A stretch of 64,000 nt of DNA from Antedon mediterranea. Taxonomy: Eukaryota; Animalia; Echinodermata. The stretch is taken from NCBI RefSeq assembly GCF_964355755.1, contig NC_092674.1, positions 25,978,001 through 26,042,000 of the forward strand, read 5' to 3'. The position numbers were made by a program, and so were the translations under genes. Of the stretch, positions 27,701 through 39,422 are shown in pieces. The stretch's first letter is position 1; each line of letters starts with the position of its first letter. The notes beneath the pieces were generated by a model that saw nothing but the letters and a program-made list of their open reading frames with translations, made no database searches and was not told the DNA's origin.

Positions 27701-30700
27701 CTAGGAAAATATATCTAATTTCCTTAGTGGTGTTGATTTAGTAGTATCTTTATTTAGATCATTTAAAAATTAACAGAAATTTGAAAACCAGATAAGCGAT
27801 ACAACATGCAGAAAACAACAAAACCTTTCTGATAAAAAGTGACTAAAAGACAAATAACAGCAAAAAATGTTATTTTACTGTAATCCTTAATATGAACATT
27901 CTAGAATAAGATGTTTTTATTTAAAGGCCAGGTGCGGGCAAAAAATTTCTATTGATCATTCCAATAATTATCGATCTATAGTTTCCCCTATGTTTCATAA
28001 TTTTTGCGATTTTATTTGTGTTACACGAGCTTGTTGAAAATAAGCACTTTCTTATCAGTGGGGGGATAGTTCAAATTACAAAGTAAAATCTCTATTCTTT
28101 TGTACACAAATTTTGTAAATAGAGAGGCATTTTAAAAAGCTATGAAAAATAAATGGTGTGGTAAAAAATGTTATCAGATGACTAAATATAGGAAATATAA
28201 CTTGAATTTTACATTTCTGGTATTTATATTCCACTTAAGATTTTTATTTTCATGCTATAGCAAAAATTATCCACCGTATATCCACCATCTTTTTTCACCT
28301 TCTAGGGAGTCACCAGACATGTTATTAGATTAGGTTAAACTACCTAACTACTGAAAAAAAGTCTTCCTGGTTTTTATGGCAGAATTTTGCAAAATTTTGT
28401 ATTTGACAATATTAAAGGAAATTCATGTTTTTTTCGTCTTGATTTCTGTTACAAATATTTGATTTATGTACAATTAACCAGATATTATATTTAAAATTCA
28501 TGCCTGTACCTGAGCTTTAAGAAACCATGTGTTATCGGGCGTTCCGCAGGGCTCGATCCTGGGCCCGCTTTTGTTTAATTTATTTATCAACGATCTTCCT
28601 TTAAAATTTAATCATTCCGAGTCTCTTTTATTTGCTGACGATCTGAAATTGTTTAAAGTGATTACCACTCCACAGGATGCTTTTTCACTTCAGGAGGATC
28701 TGGATGGTCTCGTGGAATGGACGGAGAAGTGGGGGATAAAACTTAATGCTAATAAATGCAAATATTTATCTATAACACTTAAAAAAAGGCCTGTGCTCTT
28801 CAATTATAATCTGAGTGGACATGATCTTGAGATGGTTTATGTATGGAAAGATTTAGGTATTTTTATTGATAGTAAATTAAATTTTTGTTCACATATTAAT
28901 CATGTGTTGTCAAAAGCTAATAGAATGATGGGCTTAATATGGAGAAATTGTAGGTTTATGAACGACGGCAGGGCACTTTTATCTTTATACAAATCTATTA
29001 TACGTCCTCACCTTGAATATTGTTCCGCAATTTTCAATTCAATTTCTCCATGTCAGGCCCGTCGAATCGACACTGTTCAACGGAAGTTTGTTCGATTCCT
29101 GTCTTATAACTGTGTTAATTTTGCCTTTTCCATTGATTCTGTCAGCAATCGTCGAACGATATCTGATATGGTTTTTTTATATAATATTTTAAATTCTAAA
29201 TATGACTGTTCATTAATTTCACTATTTAGTTTAAATGTTCCTGGTCGTACACGAAATAGACATTTATTGCATATTCCTTTTAGCCGTGTCGACTGTACTA
29301 AGAGGGGACTTTTTCATAGACTATACCTTGTACATTTAATAATCTAAATAGCAATCATATCGATATTTTTAATGATAGACTTGGTTATTTTAAGAGGACG
29401 ATGATGTGTTCACTTCTTGAACAGTCTGCATAACCTGTTTTAATTGAAATTTTTTATGGCATGCCAATCTATGTTTTATATATATATTTATATATTTTAT
29501 CTGTATTTTATTGTTAACCGTTTTTGATGTTGTATTGTTTTATGTTTCAAACCTGTTAGTGGCGGTATTTATCGCTGTTGGTTTTAATTGAATAAAATAA
29601 AATAAAAATAAAATAATTAATAAGAACAATCAGGTACATTCCAGAAGTGCTTTTAATAGAAACTGTAATCCAATAGAATAAGAAGTATAAAGAACGATCT
29701 AGAAGGATAGGAACATCTTGTATATAAGGGATGTAAAACTATTGTAATATTCGATTGTAAAAGTTATTGTGAAGCTGTTGTTTAAAGTGCTTACTGGATT
29801 GTTGAAAGTTGAAGTTGATTGAAATTAAAGCTTTGTTTTGAGTTATTTTACAACTTTGTGGATTTTTTGTGTATACTTTTATGTCACAAGGGAGTTCCTA
29901 AAGTATTTTCAACCGCTCGGAAACATACGTAAGAGGAGTTCGTGACATTTACCTATAGTTTTAAAAGGTGTTATGGTTTCCAGCTCGTTATTTGTGCCAA
30001 AATGGATTAAAAATGGCACCTAACTTTTTTTAATTCAGCAACTCAAGAATAACAAAGTAAGACAATAAAATCAATTTTGGCTCCAATATCGAGCTGGTGC
30101 TAGTTACCCTATATATTCAACTGTGCTAATACATAGATAGAGTAATAAGTATAAAGAAATACACTACCTGAAGAAAATCTCTTATATGGTTGTTTGCCTT
30201 CTTTGAGTTTGGTCCCGGCACTTCCATCAGCGGGCATTGTTGTCCAATTGTAAATATTGTTGTCAGATTACGAATGAAATATTTCTGCCGCGTTCTTATC
30301 ACAAGAAAGTCGTTAGTAGGCATCTTGTGCTTGTAGACAGGGGCACGAAACAGGTTGTTCTCCAATGCTGGAAGGGTAGTGCCAAGAGGGATGTTACCTA
30401 AGAATGGCGATGTGTGTACAAAGGTCGTTTCTCCATATTCAAAAGATGGGGGTTTGGCATCAGTTCCAGGTTTCTGAAAGGTAATAAAATAAAGTAAATT
30501 AAAAACTGCTTTGTATAAATATTTATAAAAGTTTGATTAAAGATGTATTGTCCCCTGAAAAAATAATTCTTAAGCATTTTTTTTGACTAAAAATGCCATT
30601 TTAATGCCACAAAATAGTTGTTCACTTTGACCAAAAATTTGATTGAAAAAAATATAATTTACCTAAAAAACTGTAATTTAAAGCAAGAAATAGGAAAATT

Positions 30701-33700
30701 GGCTACCAGCCAATAGGGTTTTGGTTAAATTTAAACAGTTATTTTGTCATTTTAGAAGTGAAAAAAAATTTGTTTTTCTATGGAAGTGATTAACTTTATT
30801 AAAACTACAAACATTTTATTTATACATACCCTTTTATAATAATTAAGAAGTCGAGTTGCCATTCCGACCTGTAATATCTGAGGTGGGTATTCTTCGCAAA
30901 ACTCAGTGATAACTACGTCACCATCCATACCAGATAAATCTTCAGGTTTACGCATGAAAAACATACCTCCCCCTCCTGACGCAACCCGCTCCTGTTCTCT
31001 TTGCTGAAATTTTATATGAGTAAAAAGGAATTAATAAATAATAACTTTAATCAAGGGGACACACCTATTAAGGGGACCAACTCTATTCAGGGGACACACC
31101 TATTAAGTGGATCAAACTCTATTCAAGGGACATACCTGTTAGGGGACCAAACTCTATTCAGGGGACACACCTATTAAGTGGATCAAACTCTATTCAAGGG
31201 ACATACCTGTTAGGGGACCAAACTCTATTCAAGGGACACACCTATTAAGTGGATCAAACTCTATTCAGGGGACACACCTGTTAGGGGACCAAACTCTATT
31301 CAAGGGACATACATATTAAGGGGACCAAACTCTATTCAAGGGACACACCTATTAAGTGGCTCAAACTCTATTCAAGGGACATACCTGTTAGGGGACCAAA
31401 CTCTATTCAGGGGACACACCTATTAAGGGGACACACCTATTAGGGGACCAAACTCTATTCAAGGGACATACCTGTTAGGGGACCAAACTCTATTCAGGGG
31501 ACACACCAGGGTGTAGTGTATATACTTTACATTTTGTTTTATTGAATGTTTATTATTGGTGGTCCCTTTTACAAGCCTTAAAGGACATGAACCACCAATT
31601 ACATATTTTTAACTATTGTATTTAACTAATAAAAAGCAATAAATATGTTTGCAATTTGTAAACATGTGATTCCTTATTACTCCACGTACCTTGGCTTTCA
31701 GCTTAATTCTTCTGGCTAATGGCCAAACTTCATGGAAACCTGGATTTGCGAGCGGACCGTGCGAAAACTTCTTTAAGATAGGACGATGAAAGTGGCGCAA
31801 TTTAAACGGTCCTAGATGTGTCGGGAAGAATGGCTGCCGCAGTTCTACAGCTGGAGTTGAATGCTTCGTTTTAAAAGATAAAACAATTATAAAATAAATT
31901 TGTATTTGAATCATAATAATCAGTGCAATTCTGCAGATATTTTGTTTAATTGCGTCTAAACATAGCCTACCTGTAAGTTTCCGGCCATACTTGCTCTTAA
32001 TTTATTTTCTCCCATATTTTTAGGATAATAATATTCATCATTTGAGATGTTGTATGGGTCTGTTCCTTCATCCTCGTCCATTGGTAAATCCTTAATAAAA
32101 ATAATATTTTCAAGCTAGTTAAACAGCACAATACTCAATAAATAGTACATTCATAATTATTATTCATAATACACAACAACTGAATCTACATTTTATTGTA
32201 TTTTAATCTTTAAATTCATATTTTTAGATTTTAATATTTGTATTACTATTATGTAGATAACCTCTATTATATAGACTGTTATTTTTATATAATATTTAGG
32301 TAAATCCTGCCTCATTTTTTTCTGTTCATGTTTTTGGCTGTAAGGCGAAATAATTGATATATATATACTAATAATAATTTGAATTTAATTTTTGTTTTTA
32401 ATATTAAATTTTGTTAATATTTAAATTTTTGTTAATATTTAAATTGTTTGTTAATATTTAAATTTTTTTATTTTTTTTTCACCGAGGATCCCTAATGATC
32501 GGCTTTGGCATAGAGGGCCACCCTCATTAAACATTGTTGAAATAAAATAAATTTAAAGCCGGTCTGTAAAAACAATGAGATCTTTGTTTCCTTACCTCGT
32601 CATCATCGTCCCTGGTGACTCCGGCTTTCTTGAGCAAGACTTGGGACCGCCTGGGTTCCTTCTTTTCCTTGGTAGGGGAAAGGGTTTGACTTGGGTTCTT
32701 ATCCTTGGGAATACCTAATAGAATATTTTCGTCATTTGGATCCAAAAGTAATGGCTTTGGATACGGAATCTTGTCCATATTCTGAAATATAAAAGATATA
32801 ATATTCATAATGGGCCGTAGAGTGTAGTGTTTTTTTTTTAATCCAGTATTGGATACTGAATATGTCAAATGTGTGTATCTCTGAAATATGCATTTGATTA
32901 AAATTAATATAATAAAATAAAACAAACCTCTGGATCCCAAATAATATCATCCTCCCATCTTCCATAAATAAGATTTTCATTCTCAATGGGAAATATTGAA
33001 TTCCAATTTTGGGTGATGCTCTTAGAGACGGAAGCTGCAAAAATATGATAATATATAATAAATTAATTTATAAATGTTAAAGATGAGGAAATCTTGGCCA
33101 AGATATGAACCATGCTTGATATGCAGACATTTTACATATTATTTTACAGAGGCAAATTGATATGCCATCATCATACAATATTTATGCAATATCTACCATA
33201 AGGCAATCTAACAACAGGACACTGGCAGTCTCTGGATCTTCTCTGGCAGCAACAAATACCAACAGTACTGCACTTATTCTCCGTCGCACGCAGTGTCTGT
33301 TAAGAGTCGTAGAACTGATCGCGTGTAGCCGCCACAGATAAACCCTTTGATCTTATGTCTGGCTGTGACAAATACCAATATCACTGTAGTGTGGACATAC
33401 TCAGTGGTGCGCAGTGTCCGTTAAGGGGTGTGGAACTGATCGCGTGTGGCAGCCACAGATAAACCCTTTGATCTTATGTCTGGCTGTGACAAATACCAAT
33501 ATCACTGTAGTGTGGACATACTCAGTGGTGCACAGTGTCTGTTAAGGGGTGTGGAACTGATCGTGTTGCAGCCACAGATAAACACTTTGATCTCTGGAGC
33601 TCAGCATCCTGTTGTTAGATTGCCTTCCTACAATCAACTTTTTTTTTTTTATGTATATTATTTCATTTTAAATATCATTTTAAAAAACACTGAAAAATCA

Positions 33701-36700
33701 TGTATAGCAAAAAATATTTTTGTTACCTGCGTCATGTTGTTGTGAGTTTTTGCTTCCTTTAGATGACGATATTGGTGTTGGAGTCATGTTACCAAAACCT
33801 CCTTGCACATTAAAAGCAGTTGACTCCAAGTGGTTAATATGCTTCTCCCCTGAGTTAAAAAAAAAACAAATGTCCAATTAATACTGTGAAATCGGCTTTA
33901 AAATCGTGGTCCTCTAACCATAGTATTTCAATATTTGTCTCCAAAATTAAAAAATATATCTGGGGATAGACTTTATTTGATAGTAGGAGGAACACAAAAG
34001 AACTCATGGAACGTCTAGGTCTGAGTGAAACAATCGTGGAAGTTGTTATGAGGTGTAGCAGAAGTTATTATGAGATGGTTGGGAAAAGATGAAGATGAAA
34101 CAGTAAAAAGACCTTGGCATTCAGAAGTTGAAGAGGACAGCTTAAGGTGATGTGGAAAGATATGGTAAATAAGAAAGTAAAGTTTGGACAGGAAGATGTG
34201 GAGAGATGGTATAGCAGGCTGGAACGAGTGACAGTCAGTAACCCCTTGGAAGAGGAAGAAAGCTGACTCAACTAAATGATGATGAGGAGCACAAAGGTTT
34301 TCATCCAGTAACAGGATTTTCACCAATACCCAAAATCTACTGTTAACACAGTCAACTTTCCCAATACTGGACTCTCCAAAAACCGGAAAATCTCCCAAAA
34401 CAGACTTTTCTCGAGGTTCAAAAGGTCCCAAAATTAATTGTTATCATTAAAAACACATTCCGAATACCATACTTTCTAGAAAACCAGACATATTAGGCCA
34501 GCCTAAAGGAAAAAATAATTTTAAAATACCTTTTTCTTGGTGGTATTGAAAGGCAGTTCGGTGTGCAAGAGTCGGTAACCAGCCTGCTTGGTTTGCAGCC
34601 TGTGTGTTCTTCAACACCTTGTCTTTGACATCATCAGCGTTCCATATGATATCATTCTCCCATTGTTGTTGATTGACCATTTCAAAACACTCTTGTGCAG
34701 CCTCCGGGATCACAACTAAATTCTCTTGTTGTTCTGAATCGGTCTCCTCCTTTTCTTTATTTTCCTTTAATAGAGAAAAGGGTAAATTAAATTTTAAAAT
34801 AAATTTAAATAATAAAATAAAAATAAAACAGTAAACCACGACCAATAATGTTAAAATGTATGTTTCCAGTCTAAAAAATACCAGATGTGTCAAATGATAT
34901 GCAAGCTAAAATAAAAATAACTATGTTGCCCAAATATGGTAGTGATGTGCCCAAATAGGGTAGTAATATGACCAACTATGGTAGTGATATGACAGCATCA
35001 TGTCCACATATGGGCACATCACATTTTGTTGTCACATAAAGTTTGATAGTGTAGACAGAGATTTACTTACAGATTTTAACTTGAATCCGTAATCAAAGCC
35101 CTCACCATCTTCAGGCACATCTAACATGTCATACCAGTACTGGGCAGGTCCATAGCGCCAGGGGGCGACCTTCGGACGGTTTTCTTTCTGATTCTCAGAG
35201 TCAGAATCAGCATCTTCTCGATGTGTCTCAACAGGCGCCATCATAGTTATCTAACACATATAATTTTTGACATTTAAACTTATTTCATGATAGCCATGGT
35301 GGTTATTTTAAAATAGGTTTACACATAATGGGCTAAAAATGAAGGATTTTAATAGTTTTAAAGTTTGTCACTATCAAACTTTATGTGACAAAAAAATGTG
35401 ATGTGCCCATATATGGACATGATGTTTTATTACTACCATATTTAGGCACATCACACTATTCTGTGTCAAACTAGTTTGACAGTGTAGGCTTTTGATTTTG
35501 AAAGATTGTTACCTCATCGTCTGACATGCATTGTTCAGGTGGCGGCGTTGGAGCATAGTTAAAATCAAAACCGCTTTTCTTATTAGGACTCAACACTTCT
35601 GACCCCTCTGCTGGACGTTTCTTTTTCCGCCTTTTCTTGGCACCACGCCAAAGCTGAGGAAGTGCATTTGTATTTTTGGTCTCAAATAAACGGTAGAATC
35701 GTAGAACCTGAGACAAATAAAAATAAAGAAATTTAAATTAAGACTAAAATATGGATTGTACTTAAGAAACAGCCTCAAAGTATAAAAAGAGACCTACATT
35801 AAATAGTACAGTATGGCCTTCAGATTAAATGTAACTAGGCCACCTCTGGTAAGTTGAAGTTACGCATGATGTTTGTTAAGATTAAAGTTCCCTCATTTAA
35901 TGGATGTTGGAGGAACTCCATTCAGAGTTTTAAGAACAGAATTCATGACAGTTGTAATAGTCTAATTAAAACCATAGTTAAATGTACTTCCACAAATTGG
36001 TGCAAATTGTCATTTTAGGTTGTTTTTGTTAAAGAAACACAAAAAAATGAAGGTCAAAATATTCTAAATTTAAACTGGCCATATCAAAGTAATATTAAAG
36101 CCAAAAAAAAAACAAGTTTACGTACAATTTGATTACATTTCGTCTGGAAAATCGTCGCGAGCGAAAGTAAACAAAGATTTCAAACCACGAGTATGCATTA
36201 TGCATGATGCTAATTAGGATTGTTTACAACTCGTCACGGTTGAGAAAGTGTTCTCACACAGATCGCGAGGAAGTTTTATGATTATGCATACAGAGTAGCC
36301 AAACAAGCGTGTTGCATTATGAAATATGTTTCGATCGAAAACTTTGACTGGAAGTCGAAGTTATTTTTTGAACAAAAAAACGTCTGTATTTCAGTTAAAT
36401 GATTTTTTTTGACTAATTTTTGGTGAAAGCTAATAACTATTATGATACTTCAAAATGACCCACTTTTTTTTTAAATCTTTTTTGGAATTAGTCAAAGGGA
36501 CAATACATCTTTAATTTCCTGGTGAATTTTGTCTTTTTGTTTTGAATGTTTTGTATATGGATGAAATAAATAAATACATAAATTGCAAAATAAATAATGT
36601 TATAAAATCAACATACTTTTCCAGGCTTGAATTCTGGGAAGAGTTCAGTAACATGTGGCATTTTACGTTTCACAGTCGTCTTGGAATCACCTTTTTTCTT

Positions 36701-37233
36701 TCCAAGTTTACTGGAATCCACCACTTGATCACCAGAAACATCAGTCTTTACATTACCCGTACTGCCATTAGCGTCTTGATCAAAGGTTTTTGAAGAATCG
36801 CTGCCAGAATTCTTTGTAACAGGAACTACTGATGGTAAAATGATACTTGATCCTAAGTCAACTGAAGAGGTCTTGCTGTCTTCTGGTTCCTGTATTGGAT
36901 GTCGGATGCTGTCAAGTTCTGCTTGAAGCTCTGCAACATCCACTTCCATGGACTCCTTGTTGATGTCTGACGGTTGAGAAGGCGGTGGCATCAGATTGGT
37001 GTCTTTTGAAATATCTTCTTCCTCATCTTCATCATAGTTGTCATCCTCATCATCTGAAAGGTAATTCTTGTTAGCGTCAAGGGTTCATTATAAATTTTAT
37101 TAATCAAAAACTGGTCTCCCAGGAAACCCAGTTATGACGTGTGGCTGTGTTTGACAGTACACCAGGGTAGCCCCCTACTCGTATCGAAAGATGTACTAGG
37201 TACTTTAAAGTGCAGATGAGCCAGATGTACACT

Positions 37234-37267
<34 letters not shown>

Positions 37268-38243
37268 TTGTTCCACCACCAGAACTAGGAACGAGTCAGC
37301 TTAAACCCATGCCGATATTATTGGCTCTTTGAATACGGTGAACTTCCTTAACCGCTTGACCATTTGACTAGCTCTATTGGAGTTTAAATATATTTTTAAA
37401 TACTGTACTTGCCTTTTTTGGGGGCGATGTATGTACCCATGTGTACATAAGGAGTTTCATCATCAGCCACTTCAGTGATGTCGGAATAGTCCACTGCGCT
37501 GCTTGCCACGCTATCATCATCTGCAGTAAAACAATATGTTAATCATATGATAAACAGCATGTTTATCATATGATTACAGAATAAAGAGGAAGTCTCAATT
37601 CAATGCATTCAAATAGAGACCACTGGTTTAGATGAACAGGAAATATAGATAATCACATACAGTAAGTTGAAAAGTGATTCTAATTATAGACCACGCTGAT
37701 TCCATGACTGAAATAATCCAACCACCAGCAGCAAAAGGGACTGAAAGAGTTTTTATTGTATTCTAAAAGTCATATTTTGACAGTAAAATAATATCTGACA
37801 ATCATACCATCTTCTTTATCTCCATCATAGTCATCATCTGCATTGGATCCTTCCTGTTGTGTCCGTGTTATAGACTGGGCTAGGTTACCTAAGCCACTTA
37901 GACTTCCAAGGGCTCCGATGTGTCGTACTGATTCCTGAAATAAAACATATCACAATGCGTCACATTTACTGTATGTAAATTATTTCCGATTCTGCATAAT
38001 TGCATAAGTTAAACTCATCCCAGAATGCACTGGCACTATTCAGTCAGACAAACGTTTGCTTGAAACCTCGATCTATTTAGTCAATACTCATATTGATCAA
38101 TGTTTGTTTATTACCTGATCAAAAATATCCGATTCTAACTGTCCTTTTTTGTCAATATTTCCAAAAAGGAAGCTAGTGAGGGCAGCATTTGGTTCCTCTT
38201 CACCGTCTGATCCAGAACTGTCATCTCTTACCTCTCGTTCCAT
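9762..38243 (-). CDS. TAF1: Transcription initiation factor TFIID subunit 1, complete, 33 coding exons (~1906 aa)
   Basis: Recognisable TAF1 segments in order: TAND1 ([13 protein letters not shown]), [38 protein letters not shown]3591 core ([37 protein letters not shown]), zinc knuckle ([16 protein letters not shown]), two bromodomains (PFHHPVN..DYY..PMDL; WPFHNPV..DYY..PMDL..YNG) and an acidic tail. Exons, all phase-compatible: 38115-38243, 37808-37934, 37413-37520, 36617-37053, 35513-35707, 35071-35250, 34530-34764, 33727-33849, 32928-33034, 32596-32781, 31971-32090, 31690-31863, 30830-31003, 30168-30473, 27411-27552, 27118-27248, 26925-27002, 26442-26591, 25979-26101, 25311-25486, 24719-25013, 23911-24047, 23432-23606, 22961-23166, 21773-21881, 21449-21547, 20773-20865, 16319-16471, 14852-14971, 12502-12679, 11850-12053, 11158-11279, 9762-10190 (sum 5721 nt). 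An acceptor at 38286-38287 implies an upstream non-coding exon. Confidence 0.97.
10743..10901. mobile_element. PIF/Harbinger-like palindromic MITE (TIR AGCTCTGTCTACACTATCAAAC), representative of ~14 copies
   Basis: TAA/TTA flanks; internal CCAAATATGGTAGTGATATG unit. Other copies: 6853-7006, ~7192-7309, 18457-18584, 25139-25234, 25670-25831, ~26729-26797, ~34927-35061, ~35368-35488, ~39628-39742, 46810-46946, 59781-59966, 62107-62204, 63029-63214. Confidence 0.85.
11650..12846. repeat. ~120-bp direct repeat in neighbouring TAF1 introns (11650-11771 and 12730-12846)
   Basis: CCAAAGGCAAATTACTAAAAAA..TGACAATGCTGT..ATCTCAATGGAGATACAAA..GCTAAATCAAAACG in both. Confidence 0.8.
12181..12267 (+). mobile_element. 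tRNA-derived SINE fragment
   Basis: A-box-like TGGCATTAGTAG, B-box GGTTCAATCC, then TGACCTAGTGCCA..CTCTCTAAGCCTCAAATG shared with the inverted copy at 13827-13944. Confidence 0.6.
13827..13944 (-). mobile_element. tRNA-derived SINE fragment (same family as 12181-12267)
   Basis: Minus strand TAGCTTGG..GAGTTCAATCCTGACCTAGTGCCA...CTCTCTAAGCCTCAAATG. Confidence 0.6.
14027..14140. repeat. ~20-21-bp tandem repeat (GGTAGGGGAAACCCTGTCTG) x5
   Basis: Direct inspection. Confidence 0.9.
15794..16082. repeat. Perfect minisatellite (ATTGTTGTAAATGCTCA) x17
   Basis: 289 bp = 17 x 17 bp; no mismatches seen. Confidence 0.95.
16920..17290. repeat. Tandem duplication of ~175-190 bp
   Basis: ACAATAATATAATCACACATG...GGATATGAGCAATTAAAGGTG...AAAGTTACATAATAAAC occurs twice. 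Confidence 0.85.
20250..20705. repeat. Polypurine (GA-rich) low-complexity tract
   Basis: Almost only G/A on the + strand, with a recurring GAGTGGGAAAATGAAGG unit. Confidence 0.9.
22045..22642 (+). mobile_element. Kolobok-like family A, second copy
   Basis: Colinear with 27925-28516 over its whole length; ends ..GAGCT|TTAA. Confidence 0.8.
22667..22923 (-). mobile_element. tRNA-derived SINE with CORE-like region and L2-type tail
   Basis: B-box GAGTTCAAGCC, GGCAAGACACTTTAC..CCACCCAGGTGTA, tail TAAAGCGCT..AGCGCTGTATAAGAAT plus (TAA)n. Confidence 0.6.
27925..28516 (+). mobile_element. Kolobok-like non-autonomous element, family A (592 bp)
   Basis: TTAA on both sides; imperfect TIR AGGCCAGGTGCGGGCA / TGCCTGTACCTGAGCT; closely similar copies at 22045-22642 and 47804-48202. 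Confidence 0.8.
28529..29616 (+). mobile_element. 5'-truncated non-LTR retrotransposon (CR1/L2/Jockey-group RT C-terminus) with 3' UTR and (AAAAT)n tail, antisense in a TAF1 intron
   Basis: [37 protein letters not shown]. An apparent 2-nt frameshift near 29324 moves the natural C-terminus (..HIDIFN..QSA*, stop 29431-29433) to another frame. A-rich tail at 29591-29616. Confidence 0.9.
30541..30812. mobile_element. Kolobok-like MITE family B, truncated copy
   Basis: TTAA|AGATGTATTGTCCCC start; colinear with 59440-59710. Confidence 0.75.
31050..31506. repeat. ~35-bp two-subunit minisatellite (GGGGACACACCTATTAA / GGGGACCAAACTCTATTCA)
   Basis: About 12 alternating units built from the Tc1-MITE subterminal motif. 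Confidence 0.9.
32482..32552 (+). repeat. Short retroposed 3' tail (GGTCCCTAATGATC..TTGTTGAAATAAA); also at ~49049-49125 and ~52518-52580
   Basis: Three similar copies, each ending in (AAAT)n. Confidence 0.6.
33255..33595. repeat. ~115-121-bp tandem repeat, about 2.8 copies
   Basis: Units start at 33255, 33370 and 33491 (AAATACCAA..GCAGTGTC.GTTAAG..GAACTGATCG..GCCACAGATAAAC). Confidence 0.85.
34001..34285 (+). pseudogene. Degenerate 3' end of an RTE-like LINE
   Basis: Broken reading [34 protein letters not shown] followed by a short (TGA)n tail. Confidence 0.5.
37085..37374 (-). mobile_element. tRNA-derived SINE with a Deu/Nin-type central domain; partial copy at ~26160-26333, isolated head at 21720-21762 (+)
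   Basis: A-box TGGTCAAGCGG and a degenerate B-box, then GATAAGGACTATAAACCGTAGGTCC...AAAGTACCC...TTTCG..GAGTAGGGG..CCCTGGTGT, resembling the DeuSINE core as I recall it. Confidence 0.7.
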
Positions 38244-39422
38244 GATACAGCTGTTTCTGGAACCACACCAGAGCAGGCTATTTATCTAAATAAACGAATT
38301 ACATTTTTTAATGTAAAGTTAAAAGGATTAATAAATATCACAATGTGATGTACTACATAGGCCTACTACAAAACTGTTTTAGTGTGGACTGTGGATAAGA
38401 AAGGCTTATCGGCTTACAGTTAACCATGGCATGGTAATAGAAACAATTGAGAGCACAATAGATCAGGCCAGGGCCTAATACGGAAATTTAATTTATGCTC
38501 AGAAGGCCTAGGGTCCTTTTATTTTTTAATTCTTGTTTATGCCAACGAAAGTCACTTTCCAAATTTAAACACACATGTCAATTCTAACATGAACAAATAA
38601 AATGATTTAATGCAAACACCAAAACGAAAATACTGTGAGACTGCAAATGCTAGGGCCAAAATGCATAAGGCTAGGCCTAGATCGTAAACTGCTTTCACCA
38701 ACCAAGCGACTCTTCTGCCGGGCGACATCATCATGCTTGAGCTGAGCCGCCTTCATCTTCAGACCTACCTACCTATTATGCCTAGCTAGGCCTAGAGACT
38801 GGAAGGCCCTATCTAGGGCAGGTCTACACATTTTCTTTTGATTTATTGTAATCCTAGAGCTCAATTAGACTAATTTATAGCATTTCCAAAGTAAGATTAT
38901 TTATATTAGATCATTATTTTACCACTTATTTCAGAGAGACTTTGCATTCTAGGCCTAGGCCTACATCTTTTTCTTGTTTTCTTCTTTAATTGATTGGTGG
39001 CGCTGTATACATGTGTATATGGAAGGCAATTTTTGCAAAAATATACTTGACTTGCAGTAAACAAAAATGTAATAAAATACTTCTTCAACGTTAGGCCTAC
39101 TATGAATCAATGTTAAATTTATTATCAAAACACGTAATACAACAATACACTTCTTGTATTTACATTACTGTAACAACCCTACATTAAATATAAAGACTGT
39201 AATGTCTAAAATGTATTGTTATGTGTCTGCAAACTGGGTGTAGGGTCGGTGGCGCGCCATACATGGTCTTGCAGTTGTGCATTGATAGCGAACTGCCAGA
39301 TACGTAAAGTCATTGGTTTTTAACGTGTTGTCCTCCCAACATTTAATAGTAAACACTGCACTGCTTCTCCACTGAACGAAAATGTACAAACCTGCACAAT
39401 ATAATTAATACAAGGTCATAGT

